Assembly (NCBI GenBank): GCA_036172245.1
Contig: JAYWIR010000011.1
Span: 620,001 to 684,000 of the forward strand
Origin: Raillietiella orientalis
Taxonomy: Eukaryota
Length of the DNA stretch: 64,000 nucleotides
Direction of reading: 5' to 3'
Shown: one piece after another, positions 37,560 to 50,998 of the stretch
Position numbering within the stretch: position 1 is the first letter of the stretch
How the letters are laid out: every line of letters begins with the position of its first letter
The notes under the pieces: model-generated
What the model was told of the DNA's origin: nothing
The model's database searches: none
The model's input: only the letters and a program-made list of their open reading frames with translations
Made by a program: the position numbers and the translations under genes

Positions 37560-40500
37560 ATGTCGTTGCTAAAGGCAAAATATGTTCTTTCCAGCCTCAT
37601 GGCAGCTGTTGTGAAGCTGTTGAGAAGAATCGTGGACACATCCTCGGATTGCTTTTATTCACTTCTTTATCGTAATGAAGCGAGGAGGCTGCCCCCAGTT
37701 TCCAATACGATTCTGTTGGAAAGTGCAAGCAGTTTGTCAGCCAAAATTCGGAATGGAAAGGTTCGGCTTTTTGTTTTGTGTGTTTTTGTTTTGTTGAGCT
37801 TCACGGTTTTTGTTCGTAGTATCTGAGTTTAGTTTCATTCCAGCTCACCAGTCAGGAAGTCGTTCAAGCATTCATTGATCAGGCAAAGATAGCACACAAT
37901 TTTTTGAACTGTATCGTGGACGAGAGATTTGCAGATGCTTTGAATGAAGCTAAGAAAATTGATGAATATCTTGCATCAGCGAAATCTCAAGTTAATGACA
38001 GTGTCTTCACTGAAAAACCCTTTCTGGGAGTACCATTTACAGTTAAAAATAGTTTCAACGTAAAAGGTAATTTCATGCTTATCTCTCTGTGCACTGATGC
38101 ACGAGATGAAAAAACTGCATATACTGGTTAAATTATGACAAAAAAAAAATGTGGGATATGCCCCCCCCCCAAAAATATTTTGTTTGAAATATTTTTTGCC
38201 CATAATGGCATACCTAGGATGCTGGTAATTTCAATGTTTTTTACATATTCGAAGAAAACGTATTTCAGGCAAAGTGCAGACTTCTCTGGTTTTTAAACAT
38301 GTCGTGCAGTTTTTTTTATACATTACCTACTAATATTTCTCTTTGATTAATAGCTTCCATGTTGCACTGACTAGTGCTTATCCACAATCTGAATATCATA
38401 TTTATCAAAGTCAGAGTGTTGGTCATAAGGAAAATTAAAATTATTCGAGGAGGTTTCTGATGCTCAGTTGCTGGCAAATTCCCCATAATTCCATGGGTGC
38501 TTAAATATTATTCTTATCTCATGTTTGTCAATTTTTTTTTTTTTTTAAGGTCTCCTAAATGGTTCCTAGTTACTTTTAAAAAACAAAACTTGTTTTGCCC
38601 CATTTGTTGTTGTTAAACAAGGTTAGCATTTTGTCTCATCTAATTTTGCGAAAGCAAGTTACTCCATTGGTATTGATTAGCAGGATTTATGACATTTCAG
38701 AACTTGGTGGATTTTGTAATTTTTTCTCATATAACATGAATTTGGGAAAGTTTGTTTTATCCATGGGTAATTTTGTTTTCATTGTTGTTAAGTTTGCTAA
38801 ATGAAACGGTGACTAGTGGGTCTGATAGTTTTGGAATATTAAATATCAAAGATCGAAATTGTCAGTTTTAAGTTCATCTTCACCCAAAGTCAATTCATGT
38901 TAATATAAGTTTGCCATCACAGCAGCAACAAAAACATAGCTGTGCAATGAATTCAGGATCAGAATTCACTTTAGACAGAACTATAACTAATCATTTTAAT
39001 TAATAATGCAATCTCATTTTCTGTATAGTTTCCTTTGCCAAAGTTTTTGCAATCAAGAAGTATGTTTATTTTAGAGAGTTTTTTTTAACTTTGCAAGTGT
39101 GGCAAGATTCTAATTTGTGGATCAAGGATGAATATGGTGTTGCAACTTATGTTTGAAGCTTTCAAATTTCATTTGTGTTCTGTGATTTAGGAGAAGGAAA
39201 CTAGAAAAACTATTGAAGCAAATACAGTGTATAAGTTGTAGACTATCAGTTATATTGTAATAAAACCCTTGAAGTATGGAATTATAAAATCTGTTGTTGA
39301 TTCTTTATATAATTTCTATTGTTATTCTCCATCTTTTAATCTTCTGCTGTTATATGTGAATGGCTAGCACTTTTGTTAAGTTAGTGTATGATGATATCTA
39401 ATGAACTGAAGTTTTTTACTTTATTACAACAGAAATTCTGTTTATTGGGGACCAATTTTTGTTTCAAACAAATGAGAATCTGTTTGGTTTCTTGGATGAA
39501 ATTCTGCATTCTTGTTGTAAAGAAGCCCCTCAAATTCCAACATTATGTGCAGAGCAAGTGCAACATGAATATGTATCATAAAAAGCATGAAACGTAAATC
39601 ATTATAATTAAGACTTTATGTATTCACACAGCAATTACATCATTGTCTTACGTGTAAATACTCATTATCTTGTTCTGAATAGAAACCATTTCATTTGTTA
39701 TCAGTAAGTAGCTACTTCTCTAAAGATTTTTTTCTCCAAAGAAAAGTTGCTCTATCAGTTGTATTGTAGCTTCTTTTTGTTTTTTTGGGCTTGTAATAGG
39801 CAGGCATGAGTGGCGAATTTTCTTGTTTCAAAGGAGTAATCAGGTGCTGCCCATCCATTTGAATATCTTGAAATTCGAATTCCATGTTTATCAATCTTCC
39901 ACATTTGAGATTACTTTATATTTTCATTTTTCACGATTTCAGTGTAGATTTGTAGCTGCACTTTACCTTTAATGTCCATACAAAGAAATAAATTGACATA
40001 ACCTTCCAATTGAATTTTCTTTCAAAAAGTCAATTCTTTTGAATTAGCCAGTAAAATTGAATCCTCCTTCTCCATTGCCATCATTGATTTCTGTGTTTCT
40101 GATAGGTTTTTAGGTAAATCAGTGATGCATATCATAATAAGCATTGTCATTACCTGTTTTGCAATTTATCATTGCATCAATAGGGTGCTATCGATCCCAT
40201 GTTTTTATTCCAAATGCTAGTAGGTGTCTTACCCGGATTATTTTATGCTTCGTTGTAATTATTGCTGCTTTAGGAGAAAAAGTGTGTTTTGCAATGTTTG
40301 CAATTTTTTATTCATCATCTTGGCTTTTTGATTTCAAGACTCAGAAGCAGTATCACAAATTCAATCCTAGAGCAAGCATGTGAAGATTCTGTTCTTATTG
40401 TCATGTGTGTCTTGTAAGTAGTATTATCTTGGAAGCCTAGAGTCAGGTCTTGGTAATTTCCACTGGAAAGAAAAGATCATGTTTTTTTTGTGTAATTTTA

Positions 40501-43500
40501 TTAAATGAGCATAAATTCTTGAATTTGAAATGCGCACTGTTTCAATTATTTGCAAACATTCTACAGTGTATTGTATAATTTGATTCAAAGAAAAACAAAT
40601 GATTGTATTCAGGATTAATAAACTCTGCTGGAGTATATGCATGGAAGGATAGGAGAGCTGACAGTACTGCAGATGCGGTTGATTTGATGTGCAAGTCAGG
40701 TGCCATATTACTGGCGATAACAAATACTTCTGAATTTTGTATGTGGTGGGAATCTAGTAACAGAGCACATGGACAAACATGTAACCCTTATGACTTGAGC
40801 CGTTCTCCAGGAGGATCATCAGGAGGAGAGGTATGGGAAATGTGCATTCTCATTTTTCATGTTCTATCATGAAATCTATTTTGGAGATAGGCTCTTGAGT
40901 TCTTTTTATTTTAATAAATAAACAATATCTCGAAATTTGAGAAATCTCATGATGTGGTGGTTCATTTGTGTTTTTTAATTGAACAAATATTATGACAATG
41001 TAGAAATGTTTATTTAGGAATGAAAATTGTATTTTATAAACAAAAGTACAACAGAATTTTATAATGTTACCTCGGAAAGAGTTTCATGATGCTCATTTTT
41101 TCTTCATTTTTTCGGAGCATAATAATGAAGCGAAAGTTTTAATTTTGATTCACATAGCTTCTGGAATTCTAAATTTGCAACGATGACCACAGTTGAACAT
41201 TAAGGCATGTGTAACAGACTTTGAATTATGCATTTCATGGAAGCAAATGTGAAGATGCATGTTCTGTAGTGTTTTTTTCTCCTCTCTTTCTCTCTCTTTT
41301 AAGCACATCATTCACCACAAGTAGAGAGGTATTTGCCTCATTATATGGCTGTTTTATTTATTAGTAGCTCATCAATAAATTTATGAAAAAATTTTCTTGG
41401 CCAGCTTCATAAAATAGCTTTTCAGTCAGCAATAAAAGTTTCATTCCTTCATTTTGATATTTGTAAATTCATGAAATTCTGATTCAGTTAATACTGATCA
41501 GCAGATGTGATGAAAGAGAGTTAAATAAGTAATTGCCTGCATACAAATAATCAGAATTGACTTTAAATTTTCTGCTCTACACCTAGATTTTAGTTATTCT
41601 ATATCTCAACTTTTAATAAAGAAATGCTTGCCTTTTTATGATCTTGATAGCATGTGTGGACATAATTCGTGGTAAGCTATTCCTAGTAATATCTCATTCA
41701 GAAACCTACAATAGAAAAATGAACAGAGCAGTTTGATGTCAATATTTGTGCATGCATCATTTCATTCATGATTGTTCAAATATAATTTATGAATATGATA
41801 CAGAATATCTTGTAGAAAAAATATTGTCCTTTTTTTTTTTATCAATATGATTCTGATTAAATTTTTTATTTACTCATTTATAGAATTTGTTGGTTTTCAG
41901 TTTGGAAAAGATACATGAGTTTGGTGCTTTGACTTGAAAATTGCATCTTATGCCCTGAAACCTGAACAGCTTTGTATCTCCAGAATTTCCAGCAATCTTG
42001 CTTCACTTCATAGATTGCATCAAATCCTCATTACAATCCATGTTGGCATTTACACAGTCTATTCTTTCATTCAGGAGATTCATATATCAGTGATCAGCTA
42101 GTCTTGACTTTACATTGCATAAGATATGGAGAGTTATGTTGGATTTCAATGAATAATGTCTGTGCAAATAGATAGTATCGTTTCATGTCATTGCAGCACA
42201 ACAGAATATATAAACTCATTAGTTTTTTGATTTGTTTCATGATGTTACTAATTTGTTTTTCAAACAGTGCTTTTAAATTTCTTCTTGGTTGTGGATTATC
42301 ACATTATTTATTAGCAAAGACTTCCACTTCCTATAAGAAATATTTGGAATTTGTTCAAAATGATTAAAATGATTGATTAAGTTTAAACCATATCAATCTC
42401 TTGATTTACTTGGAAAGAGAAAGCAGAGGAACAAATTGTTATAGATTTCAAATGGAGCAAGCATAATTTTAGACTGAAGCAGCAGAAATTTAAGTTATCT
42501 GCTGCATCTGTGTAGAATTCAGAACTAAAGAAGTAAGATTTTCATGAAATAATCGAAACGTGTATGATTTTTATTGTTTTTATTTTGAGATTCATCTTTC
42601 AGAATTTATTTTCACTGACCAGGTTTTACCCAACATCGAAATGTTTTTCTATTGCTATGCATTTGCAGTTTTCTGTGATACAAAGTTCTCACATTAACAG
42701 CCATTTTTCCACTTCTCATAATACTGTAACATGATAGGTTTTACTGTGTTTATGTGTATATTCTGCAATCTAGTTTGATGATCCAGTATAGTTTATTTGT
42801 TCATGCTACTGCATTTCATCAAAAATTAGCTTTCATAGACCTCTGTCTGTTGTCATTTTCTCTTGTGCCTATTTTTATCATTTGTTATCTGAAGATTGCA
42901 AGAGTTTATTTCATAAATCAGGTCCATGTGACTAAATCAGTGAATTTTCACATTACAATGTCATTCAGAATGTTGACACATTTTTATATATCATTTTTTT
43001 ACCTTTGTCCTCTGACATGGTTTTCCAATATTAAGTCTTCCTCACCTGTGGATGTTGTATGATGCTATACTCAGTGAGTTACACAAGTAGCATATGGATT
43101 TTTGGCACCGATTTCACGAATATGTCACCGTTTTTGCAAATTAAATTGTATTTATCATGTGATATAATCGTTTCCTTTCAAGATTTAGAAATCAAATGAA
43201 TAGGTATAGCTCATTTTAATGGTTTTACACTCTGAAAACCATCACAAACCTTTGTGAAATTTTGAATGTATTTATTCGATTGATTTTTTAAGTAGTTTCA
43301 AAAATAAAGATTATTTTGATGAGCTGTCAGATAACATTTTATAGATGAGAGAATATGAGTAAGACGAATTCATAACAGCAGGTCAAGATGAGAAACAATT
43401 GAATTGGAATTATAAACCCCCTGAAAAAAATTTCATAATAAACTTTAAATGCATGAAAAATGCAAAATGCTTTAGACCTTTGAAGGCTGAAAACAGTTCA

Positions 43501-46153
43501 GTGATTTAGTTGTAGATACTAACTCAATGTTTTGAATTTCTTCAAAACCATCATAAAGTCCAAGTTCCTTAAGATATGAGTGGATCTCAGTAATGAAATT
43601 CTTTCTTGCCTTTGCGATAATAGCTTAGTTGTAACAGATTAAAAACGGTCCCAAGGCATCCTAACTTCTTTAAGAATGACCTATTTTTGAAGTGTCTTCA
43701 TTTGTGTCAGTCAACTATTATAGAATGAAAGTTTATTAAGAATTGTTGCTGTAATTTTGGGATATTTCTAGTACTCAGCTGTGAACAGCGTGAAAATCAT
43801 TGTTAAATATTCATAAGTGTAATTTTTGCTAAGGCTGCTCTTCTTGCTGCCTCTGGATCTCCAATGGGGATTGGAAATGACATTGGTGGTTCAATTAGAA
43901 TACCATGCTCCTTCTGTGGTATTTTTGGTCATAAACCCTCATCAGGTATGATATACATTGATTTTATTAGATTTTTCTTAGTTTAAATTTCCTAAAGGAA
44001 TTGTCTCAAATAAAGGCCAAGTAACCCATGCAGATGGTGAATTTGATTCTTTCCTTGCAACAGGGCCTATGAGTAGATTTGTTTGTGATCTATCACCTAT
44101 GTTGAAAATATTGGCAGCTGAGAATTATTCTAAATTAAAATTGGATGCTAAGGTCAATACAACTTGTTGATCACATCTGTGATAACATAAAATAAGGTGG
44201 ATTTTCGGAAGCTGCGTTATTTCTTTATGGAAGATGATGGAAGTGCATTTATCAGTTCAATTCATCCTCATGTCAGAAACACACTGCATCAAGTTGTTTG
44301 TCACTTGGCCAATGCATGTGATAAGGAGGTTCTTAAGGTATAATTGGAATTCCTTTAATTTTTGTATTGATCATAATATTAGACTTGCTTACCACAAATG
44401 TCCAAAGCAGTCGAAATGTATGTGTACGAGTTGAAACAACATACCTTCACGCCATTCTCCAAAAAAATAACAGGAGCGCAGGTAATAAATTTTAGCTATC
44501 AAAAGAGCAGTTGTGTATGCAAATTAACTGTGCCTTGCATCTGTTGTACACCAGAAAATTGAGTAAACATGAAATATTTGGAACTTATCATAGTCTCTTG
44601 ATTTAACTATTTCAGTGTATTACTAAGCTACTATTAAATTTTAAATCTTAATCCATCATTTAACAGCAGCAGTTCATGAGTAACAAATCAATTGATTGGA
44701 AACAGAGTTCCTTTTATGAAATTTTGATCTTGTTTGAACTAAAAATTTATTTGAATCTGTAGAGAAAAAAAGCATATCAAAATTTATTTATATAAAAACA
44801 ATCTCATGTGCTGAAAATTAGCTAGAATATGAATAAATCCCAAAAATGAATTCTTGTGGGAAAACTATGGGCACTCATTTGACTTTCAAAAGACCTAAAG
44901 AGAGGGAATTTTTTGTAAATGGCATTGCTCTGTAAGTGGTAAACTCTGGTCTCTGAATCCTAAGTTATGTAATGTGATACAAATAATATCAAATAAGTGA
45001 CTTGATAAAATTTACAAAAACATCAACTCTAAAATAATAATTCTCAAAATCAACATCAAGGTCAGTAGATAAATGAATGCAGGGCAGTATTCTTGATAAA
45101 TATGGTTGCAATCAACTGCTCCTAATTTAAGCCATTTCATACAAGCATTCAGTAACAACTGTCAAGATGAATGATTGAGATGAGTATCAAGCATATTGAG
45201 GAAAAATGGGTATCAAGGTATGATAAATAAAGAGAAAAATGAGTGACGAGGATCATTCAGGAGAAATTGAATTAAAAACATTGAACTGTATTTTAAAAAA
45301 AGTTTCCTTTTCCAAATTGAAAAAATGTCAACATTAAGGTTGCACGAAAATTAAGAAAATTACCAAAGTTTTTCTTGATCGAAACCATATGTCAAATGCT
45401 TAGTTACTCTGATTCAAAAGATGAAGCTCCTCATTGCTGACTGAAGTGACACACCATTGTGAACATGAAATGAAAACGACTGATCATTGCTTTGTTGTGA
45501 TAAATTATTTTGGAGATTGTATTAATGTCTACATCATTTTGATCTTTAATTGCTCAATTTCTTTAATTAATTTTCCTTTATTTTATTAAAGATATTCAGT
45601 ATCGATATTTTGTGAATCATGTACAAAACAATAAAGTGGCTTATACTGTGGTTTCAGGATCAGGATTTTAATCTCGTATTGGAATTTCTCAAGTGTACTG
45701 TCAACAAGTCTCAGTACAGTCTTCCAATTATGATGTTAATGCTGATTGAAAAATCATACCGTTCTGATGCTTCTGTGTATGAAGCAGTTCACAAGTCGGT
45801 TCATGAATTGCGAGTTCAGCTAGAGGTGAATTAGTGAAAGTAATTTCATGATTAATCATTGCTTTCAGAATTTGCTAGGTACAGATGGTGTGCTTTTGTG
45901 CCCTGCTCTTCCTCATCCAGCTGTTTACCACAATCAGAGTTTACTTATGCCATTCAATCCAATTCCATATTCAGGCATATTTAACATTCTTGGATTTCCA
46001 TCAACACAAGTTCCTATCAGCTTCACTGAGCATGGTCTTCCTGTTGGCATACAAGTGATATCACAGTGTGGCAATGATCATCTTTGCTTGGCTGTTGCTA
46101 CAGAACTGGAACATGCATTTGGAGGCTGGAGGCCTCCAATGAATGTCCTTTGA
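37560..46153 (+). CDS. FAAH2: Fatty-acid amide hydrolase 2-like amidase-signature enzyme, 9 exons (37560-37760, 37844-38066, 40613-40830, 43834-43945, 43998-44152, 44197-44337, 44383-44481, 45658-45825, 45869-46153)
   Basis: Amidase signature with an intact Lys-cisSer-Ser triad: [30 protein letters not shown]-terminal GLPVGIQVI...FGGWRPP and a hydrophobic N-terminus are typical of FAAH2. GT-AG introns keep frame. Confidence 0.9.
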
Positions 46154-46364
46154 AAGTAGATATTTGAAGATTCCAGTAGCTTCATTGCAGTACGTAACCA
46201 AATTGCACTATACAAATTTAGCTGTTTGGGAAGTTCTCTGTTCCGATGCACTATCCACAGTTCTGGCTATTAATAAGAAACATAAAAACAAAATGCACAT
46301 TGCAATGATGGAAAAGTATTGGTTATATAAATGTATCTAAAAGAGTACCAACAGTGTGCCTAGA

Positions 46365-46411
46365 AATAAAAGTGTGTCAGACAGATTTAAAATAAAAAGA
46401 CCCTAATAAAG
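46365..46411 (+). terminator. Cluster of polyadenylation signals for FAAH2
   Basis: Three AATAAA hexamers within ~50 nt, 210-260 nt after the stop codon. Confidence 0.55.
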
Positions 46412-47399
46412 GCAAAAGAGCCTGCTAGTATTTTTGCCTTCAACTTTTTTTTCATTTAATTGCCCCAGGTGCCCCTGAAGCTACTGACAAGACGCACGAC
46501 CTCTATGCTTCATTACTTTTTCCGATAACTGTGCAACCAAGCAGTTTTTCAGATATTCACTTTCAAATACCGTCACCCATGGCTTGCGGTTTTAACAGTG
46601 ATGGCAGATTCAACTAAATGCAGAATAAGCTCACAGTCAGGGTGCTAGTATTTGCCTCATTTGAGTTTATCATTCACAAAAGAAATGTTTACTCCACGTT
46701 TTTATTAAAATGTTTGTAATGCAATCTGAAGTTCAAACAGCAGACATTTGCGATGCTCTTTTCGAAAACAGTCTCCAGATTCAAATTGTGAGTATAAATA
46801 ATGTTAAGTCTGTAGAACTGTTTTGAAAAAGCCTCCGATTCTTTAATCCTACTTTTGGATTTGGACTTTTCACTGTGTTGGGGCTGAGACCAATATTTTA
46901 TAGCCAAATCCTTAACGATAGGTTCCAACATTTTGTCCTAACTCCGATCTCTTTTGCATTAGACAAATTTCCCAAAGAATGGAGAGTTTTCGGTTGCCCT
47001 GGGTTTTGTTGAGGAATAGGCGCAATAGCTACGCTTCCAACCTTTTCCAGGTTGTGGATCGAGATGATAGCAGTATCAGCAGCCGCCAAAGGAGCTCCTC
47101 CAGAATCAGACATACAGGCTTGCGCAGCCCACGGCTACAGGGTAAAGTTTTCAACTAGCAATAATCACATTTCTGCAAACGTCATCGGCTATGGGCTTAC
47201 AGGGTTACAGTTTGCTTTCCTTTATAAGGTAAATCGTGTTGGCTCCCAGGGAGTACAGATTTGGGCCAGGAATCATCTCGTGTGGGTGCCAGCCACCCCA
47301 CCACCCTTGTGGGACTTGGGGAAAATCTCGTGTGGGTTCGGCTGCGGAAGATCATGTGACCCTTAACCGAGAGTGGAGTGGAGACTTGTAGGTCTTCAG

Positions 47400-49690
47400 T
47401 CGTTCATAATGGAGGAAATTGCGTCCCCCGATTGAACATTCTTTCCTCATGGTGAGGACCCACAAACTTTTCCAATGCTTGCTGCAAACATCAGTTCACT
47501 GGTGCTGCAGCTCTCAAAGTTAATGAGAGACAAACGTAGTGTCCACCTCTTCTTACTTGGAACAGTTACGTCTCTCTCCTAAAGGAGGAAATCTCTACAG
47601 TACGAATAACTGGCGTCCTATAAACCATCATCATGGTGAACAAGGACATCAGCTTGTTCTCCAAGGTGTGGACTACTCGATCAGAAGAGATGGATTAGTC
47701 TGTGGTAAGATAGGAACATGCATAGCACTTGCAGGGTTCCTCATGGGTGTTAACCTCTGCGCACAGACCCGGTTTAGATGCAACAGTTGGGCACGCCCAA
47801 GAAAAAATGGAACTTTCCTGTGCCACTTGGTAGAAGCAAGATAAGTGCGCTTCTAAAAAAAGGCTAAAAAGGAGCCTTGGCGGTCGCAGTTGACCTCCAA
47901 AAGGTCTTCGATGGGTCGATCAAAAGCTTCTGGAAATCCTGGAACGCTTTGGTTTTCCTCCTTGTTTATGGGACAAGCTACCCTAGATGTTCTGCAGCGT
48001 GTACGCTAACATCATTTTTAGTGGCTGCTAAGTGTACAGAGCTCCAGTCAGGAGAAAAGTAAGGAGCTTAAGCTTCATGCTCTTCAGAATTATTTTGAAA
48101 TCGTACTGAGGGTGTGCAGGGTAATGCTGAATCGCTTCCTTCCGCCACCCATGCACGCCCTCCATGAAGACATGCGGAGATGGTCAGCTTTTTTTTTCCA
48201 GGACCACTGCTTCAGAGAAACTCGAGGAATTCTTTGCATTAGTCTGCAAAGGAGCGGGCATGCAGATGAATGGACCAAATTCAGTAATCATTAATTTGGC
48301 TTGGAGCGGACAATCGGAATGCGTTCGTAGGGTGTTTTCCTCACGAAAGTACTTGAATGACCTTGGGAATTTTCCTGTCATCTTCTACTTCGTAGGAGCA
48401 TGCACCGGTTGCCCCCGGTGCATGCTCGAGATCGAGAAGGGGCTACTCTCGTTTCTCACTTCCGGAGTAGGTCTTTGTTTCAAACTTTGCTGCTCTCCCC
48501 TTCTGGTCACTTCTTTTTGTTTCCTCTGTCCCGATTAATGTAAAACAGTGTGCCTAGAAATAAATTAATGTAAAACGTAAGACCATGAAACTGTTGCAGA
48601 AAGATTTATGAGGCTCCAAGAGTTCTCTTCAAGAATATTACGATACCAAGAAGAGACACCTGTGGCAGCGTTGACATGATCCCAGTAAGCGAGCGACAGT
48701 TCCATCTGGAACGGAAAATGGTATCGTCCAACTAGAGAGTTTCTGAAACGGGTGATGGAGGGAGTTGCAGAGTGCTGGCATCGCTACGGTCAAGTAAACC
48801 CACTAGCGCATAGGATCATTGGGTTTTCCCCTAAAACAGCTTTCAGAACTGCTCAGAACAAGCCCGTGGATCTCCTGTAGGTCAGTCAACATGCTGCTGT
48901 AGAAACAAAGAATTGTGCACACCTGGACACGATAGAACACTCAGTTGAATGTTGTCCCGGAGGGCATGCTTCCATGATGCTCTCTGGAAAGGAAACCCCT
49001 TGCAAGGGTACACGATACTGGACTCGTAGGTATGCCACGCTTCTGACGCCCTTGCTAAGCACCTTCCAGAACCGAGGACATTTCGTGCAAGCAGCACAAC
49101 AGCATATTGTCTCTACCCTTGCACGAGGTTTGACTTCCTTAGAGAAATGCACAGCTGAGAGAGTGAAGGTGCAACCATGAGAGTTGACCCGAATTCTGGA
49201 AAGCAAGGCATGACTATACTTCCCCCTCCTCCCTCCCCCCATGCCTAGACTCCATGCTTCGGGTGAGAATGCAGCATGTTGTGGCTGTTGCTGCAATGGG
49301 ATCACCAGAACAACTTTCCAGAGCTGTGTACTTCCGGAGAAGCGTGTGGAAGAGAATGCCATACAGGAACCGTCGTGTTGTGCCCGTTGCAGATAAAAGG
49401 AAATCTTCCCTGCATGCAATCCTCCTTGTTCGGGCCTATCGAAGAGAGGGAAGCATCCGGCGAAAGCCACCCGCAGGATCGATCCTGCGAAAGAGGTGTT
49501 AGAAAGTCTTACGTTCTCCTCCGTGTCCGCAGTGCAATGGTACATATGCGGCGCAATCCTGGCGAGACTGATCCTGAAAAGCAGCATGCGGACGAGAATC
49601 CATCGAATTAGCAATCTTGCATGCCCATGTTGGAGTCCGCAGACAAAAGTAGACGTTTCCGAAATAAAGTTGAATGTTTTCAATTAAAGG
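47400..49690 (+). mobile_element. Decayed L1/Tx1-type ORF2 (RT to 3' end)
   Basis: LSPKGGNLYSTNNWRPI (47572-47622), AVAVDLQKVFD (47880-47912) and ITIPRRD (~48636) in order; Cys-rich relic near 49375; the GC-richer tract ends at AATAAA/ATTAAA (49663-49688). Confidence 0.75.
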
Positions 49691-50956
49691 GATTATCACT
49701 AACGATTGTTTTGCAGATGCATTATTTTCCTATAGTCCAATGAGTATTGGCTGCTTGAATTTCTTTCAATCTTTGGGTTTTTTTGTAGCTACAAAATTTA
49801 TTTTCTATCGCATGTTCAACAGGAGTCTGTTATTCAAGATCGTGCTGCTGATGTCACTCTGGTCCTTGTTCTTGTTGACATTTTTTTTGATATCACTTTC
49901 GAATGTTCTTACAAGTCATTGATACATAGTCACTGTAGGCGAAATGTTAATGCAAACTGATGGAATGCTTACTGTACATCAGGTTTTATAAGTTATTTTG
50001 TACTTTCGATCTGTAAAAGCAGCTGATTAATAACCTGAAATATCGTTCCAGATTAGTTGTGTTGAAGTGAGGAAAAAAAATAAAAATAAAACATGTATGT
50101 GACAAAGAGTAGAATTACAAAGGCTTCTTTGCTCATTTAATTAAGTCGTATAGGAGTAAAGATATAATTATCTTTCCAAGGACTAAGGCTTAGGGTTGAT
50201 TCCTTTATCTTCTCCTTTTTTTCCAGGTTGGATAAATCATATTGGTAATAAGGATCCTTCCTTTTATGATCCCAGGTGTATGCATCCAGAAATGTAGTAC
50301 ATTAACAAAAACGGAATGTTTCAAAAGATCTTTTCATTTAGTTTTTTTTCTTTCGTGCAATCAGTTAAAAATGAAATATTGTCGTAAAGGAGTAAATGAG
50401 AATAATTCCTTTGATGCGAGATACAAATTAAGTAATAGGAGTACATCAGAATATACTGAGGGTTAAAATTTGACTTACATACTTCCCATCTGCCCCACCT
50501 TGACTGCTTTTGGAAATAATTTAGCATATCAGCTGAGTTATGCTCGAGTAGCTTTTACTCCGTCTTCTGCACCAATTATGTAGAAGATAGTGGATACTTA
50601 AATGATAGTTTGTTGCTGTTGAACCTAGACGAGAATATTCTTAATGTTTATGATTTATAGCTTTTAAATTGAGTTTTGTAAACTCGTTTATGGGCCTCAA
50701 ATTATTTGGTATTTTTTCCTTTAAAAATCTACAGTTCAAACGAAAAAATTACAGACTAAGCTTAAATCCAGCCACTGGCTATCATCTTTCTGAATGAAAT
50801 GCAATGTAAACCTGGAGGTGTTTCTATATTAAAATCACTGCAAAGTCAATAAAAAAACTCAGTAACATCATGAAATTTATATTTAACAATAAATAAATAT
50901 TTTCATGGAAAAGCATTATGATGCCTATATGTCTACAGTGCTAGAGATCAAATTGA

Positions 50957-50962
50957 TTTATT
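50957..50962 (-). terminator. Polyadenylation signal for the TBC gene
   Basis: Plus-strand TTTATT (minus-strand AATAAA) ~37 nt after the TAA stop. Confidence 0.5.
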
Positions 50963-50998
50963 ATGGCTAACCAATTGGCATATGAATTAACCAAGTCA

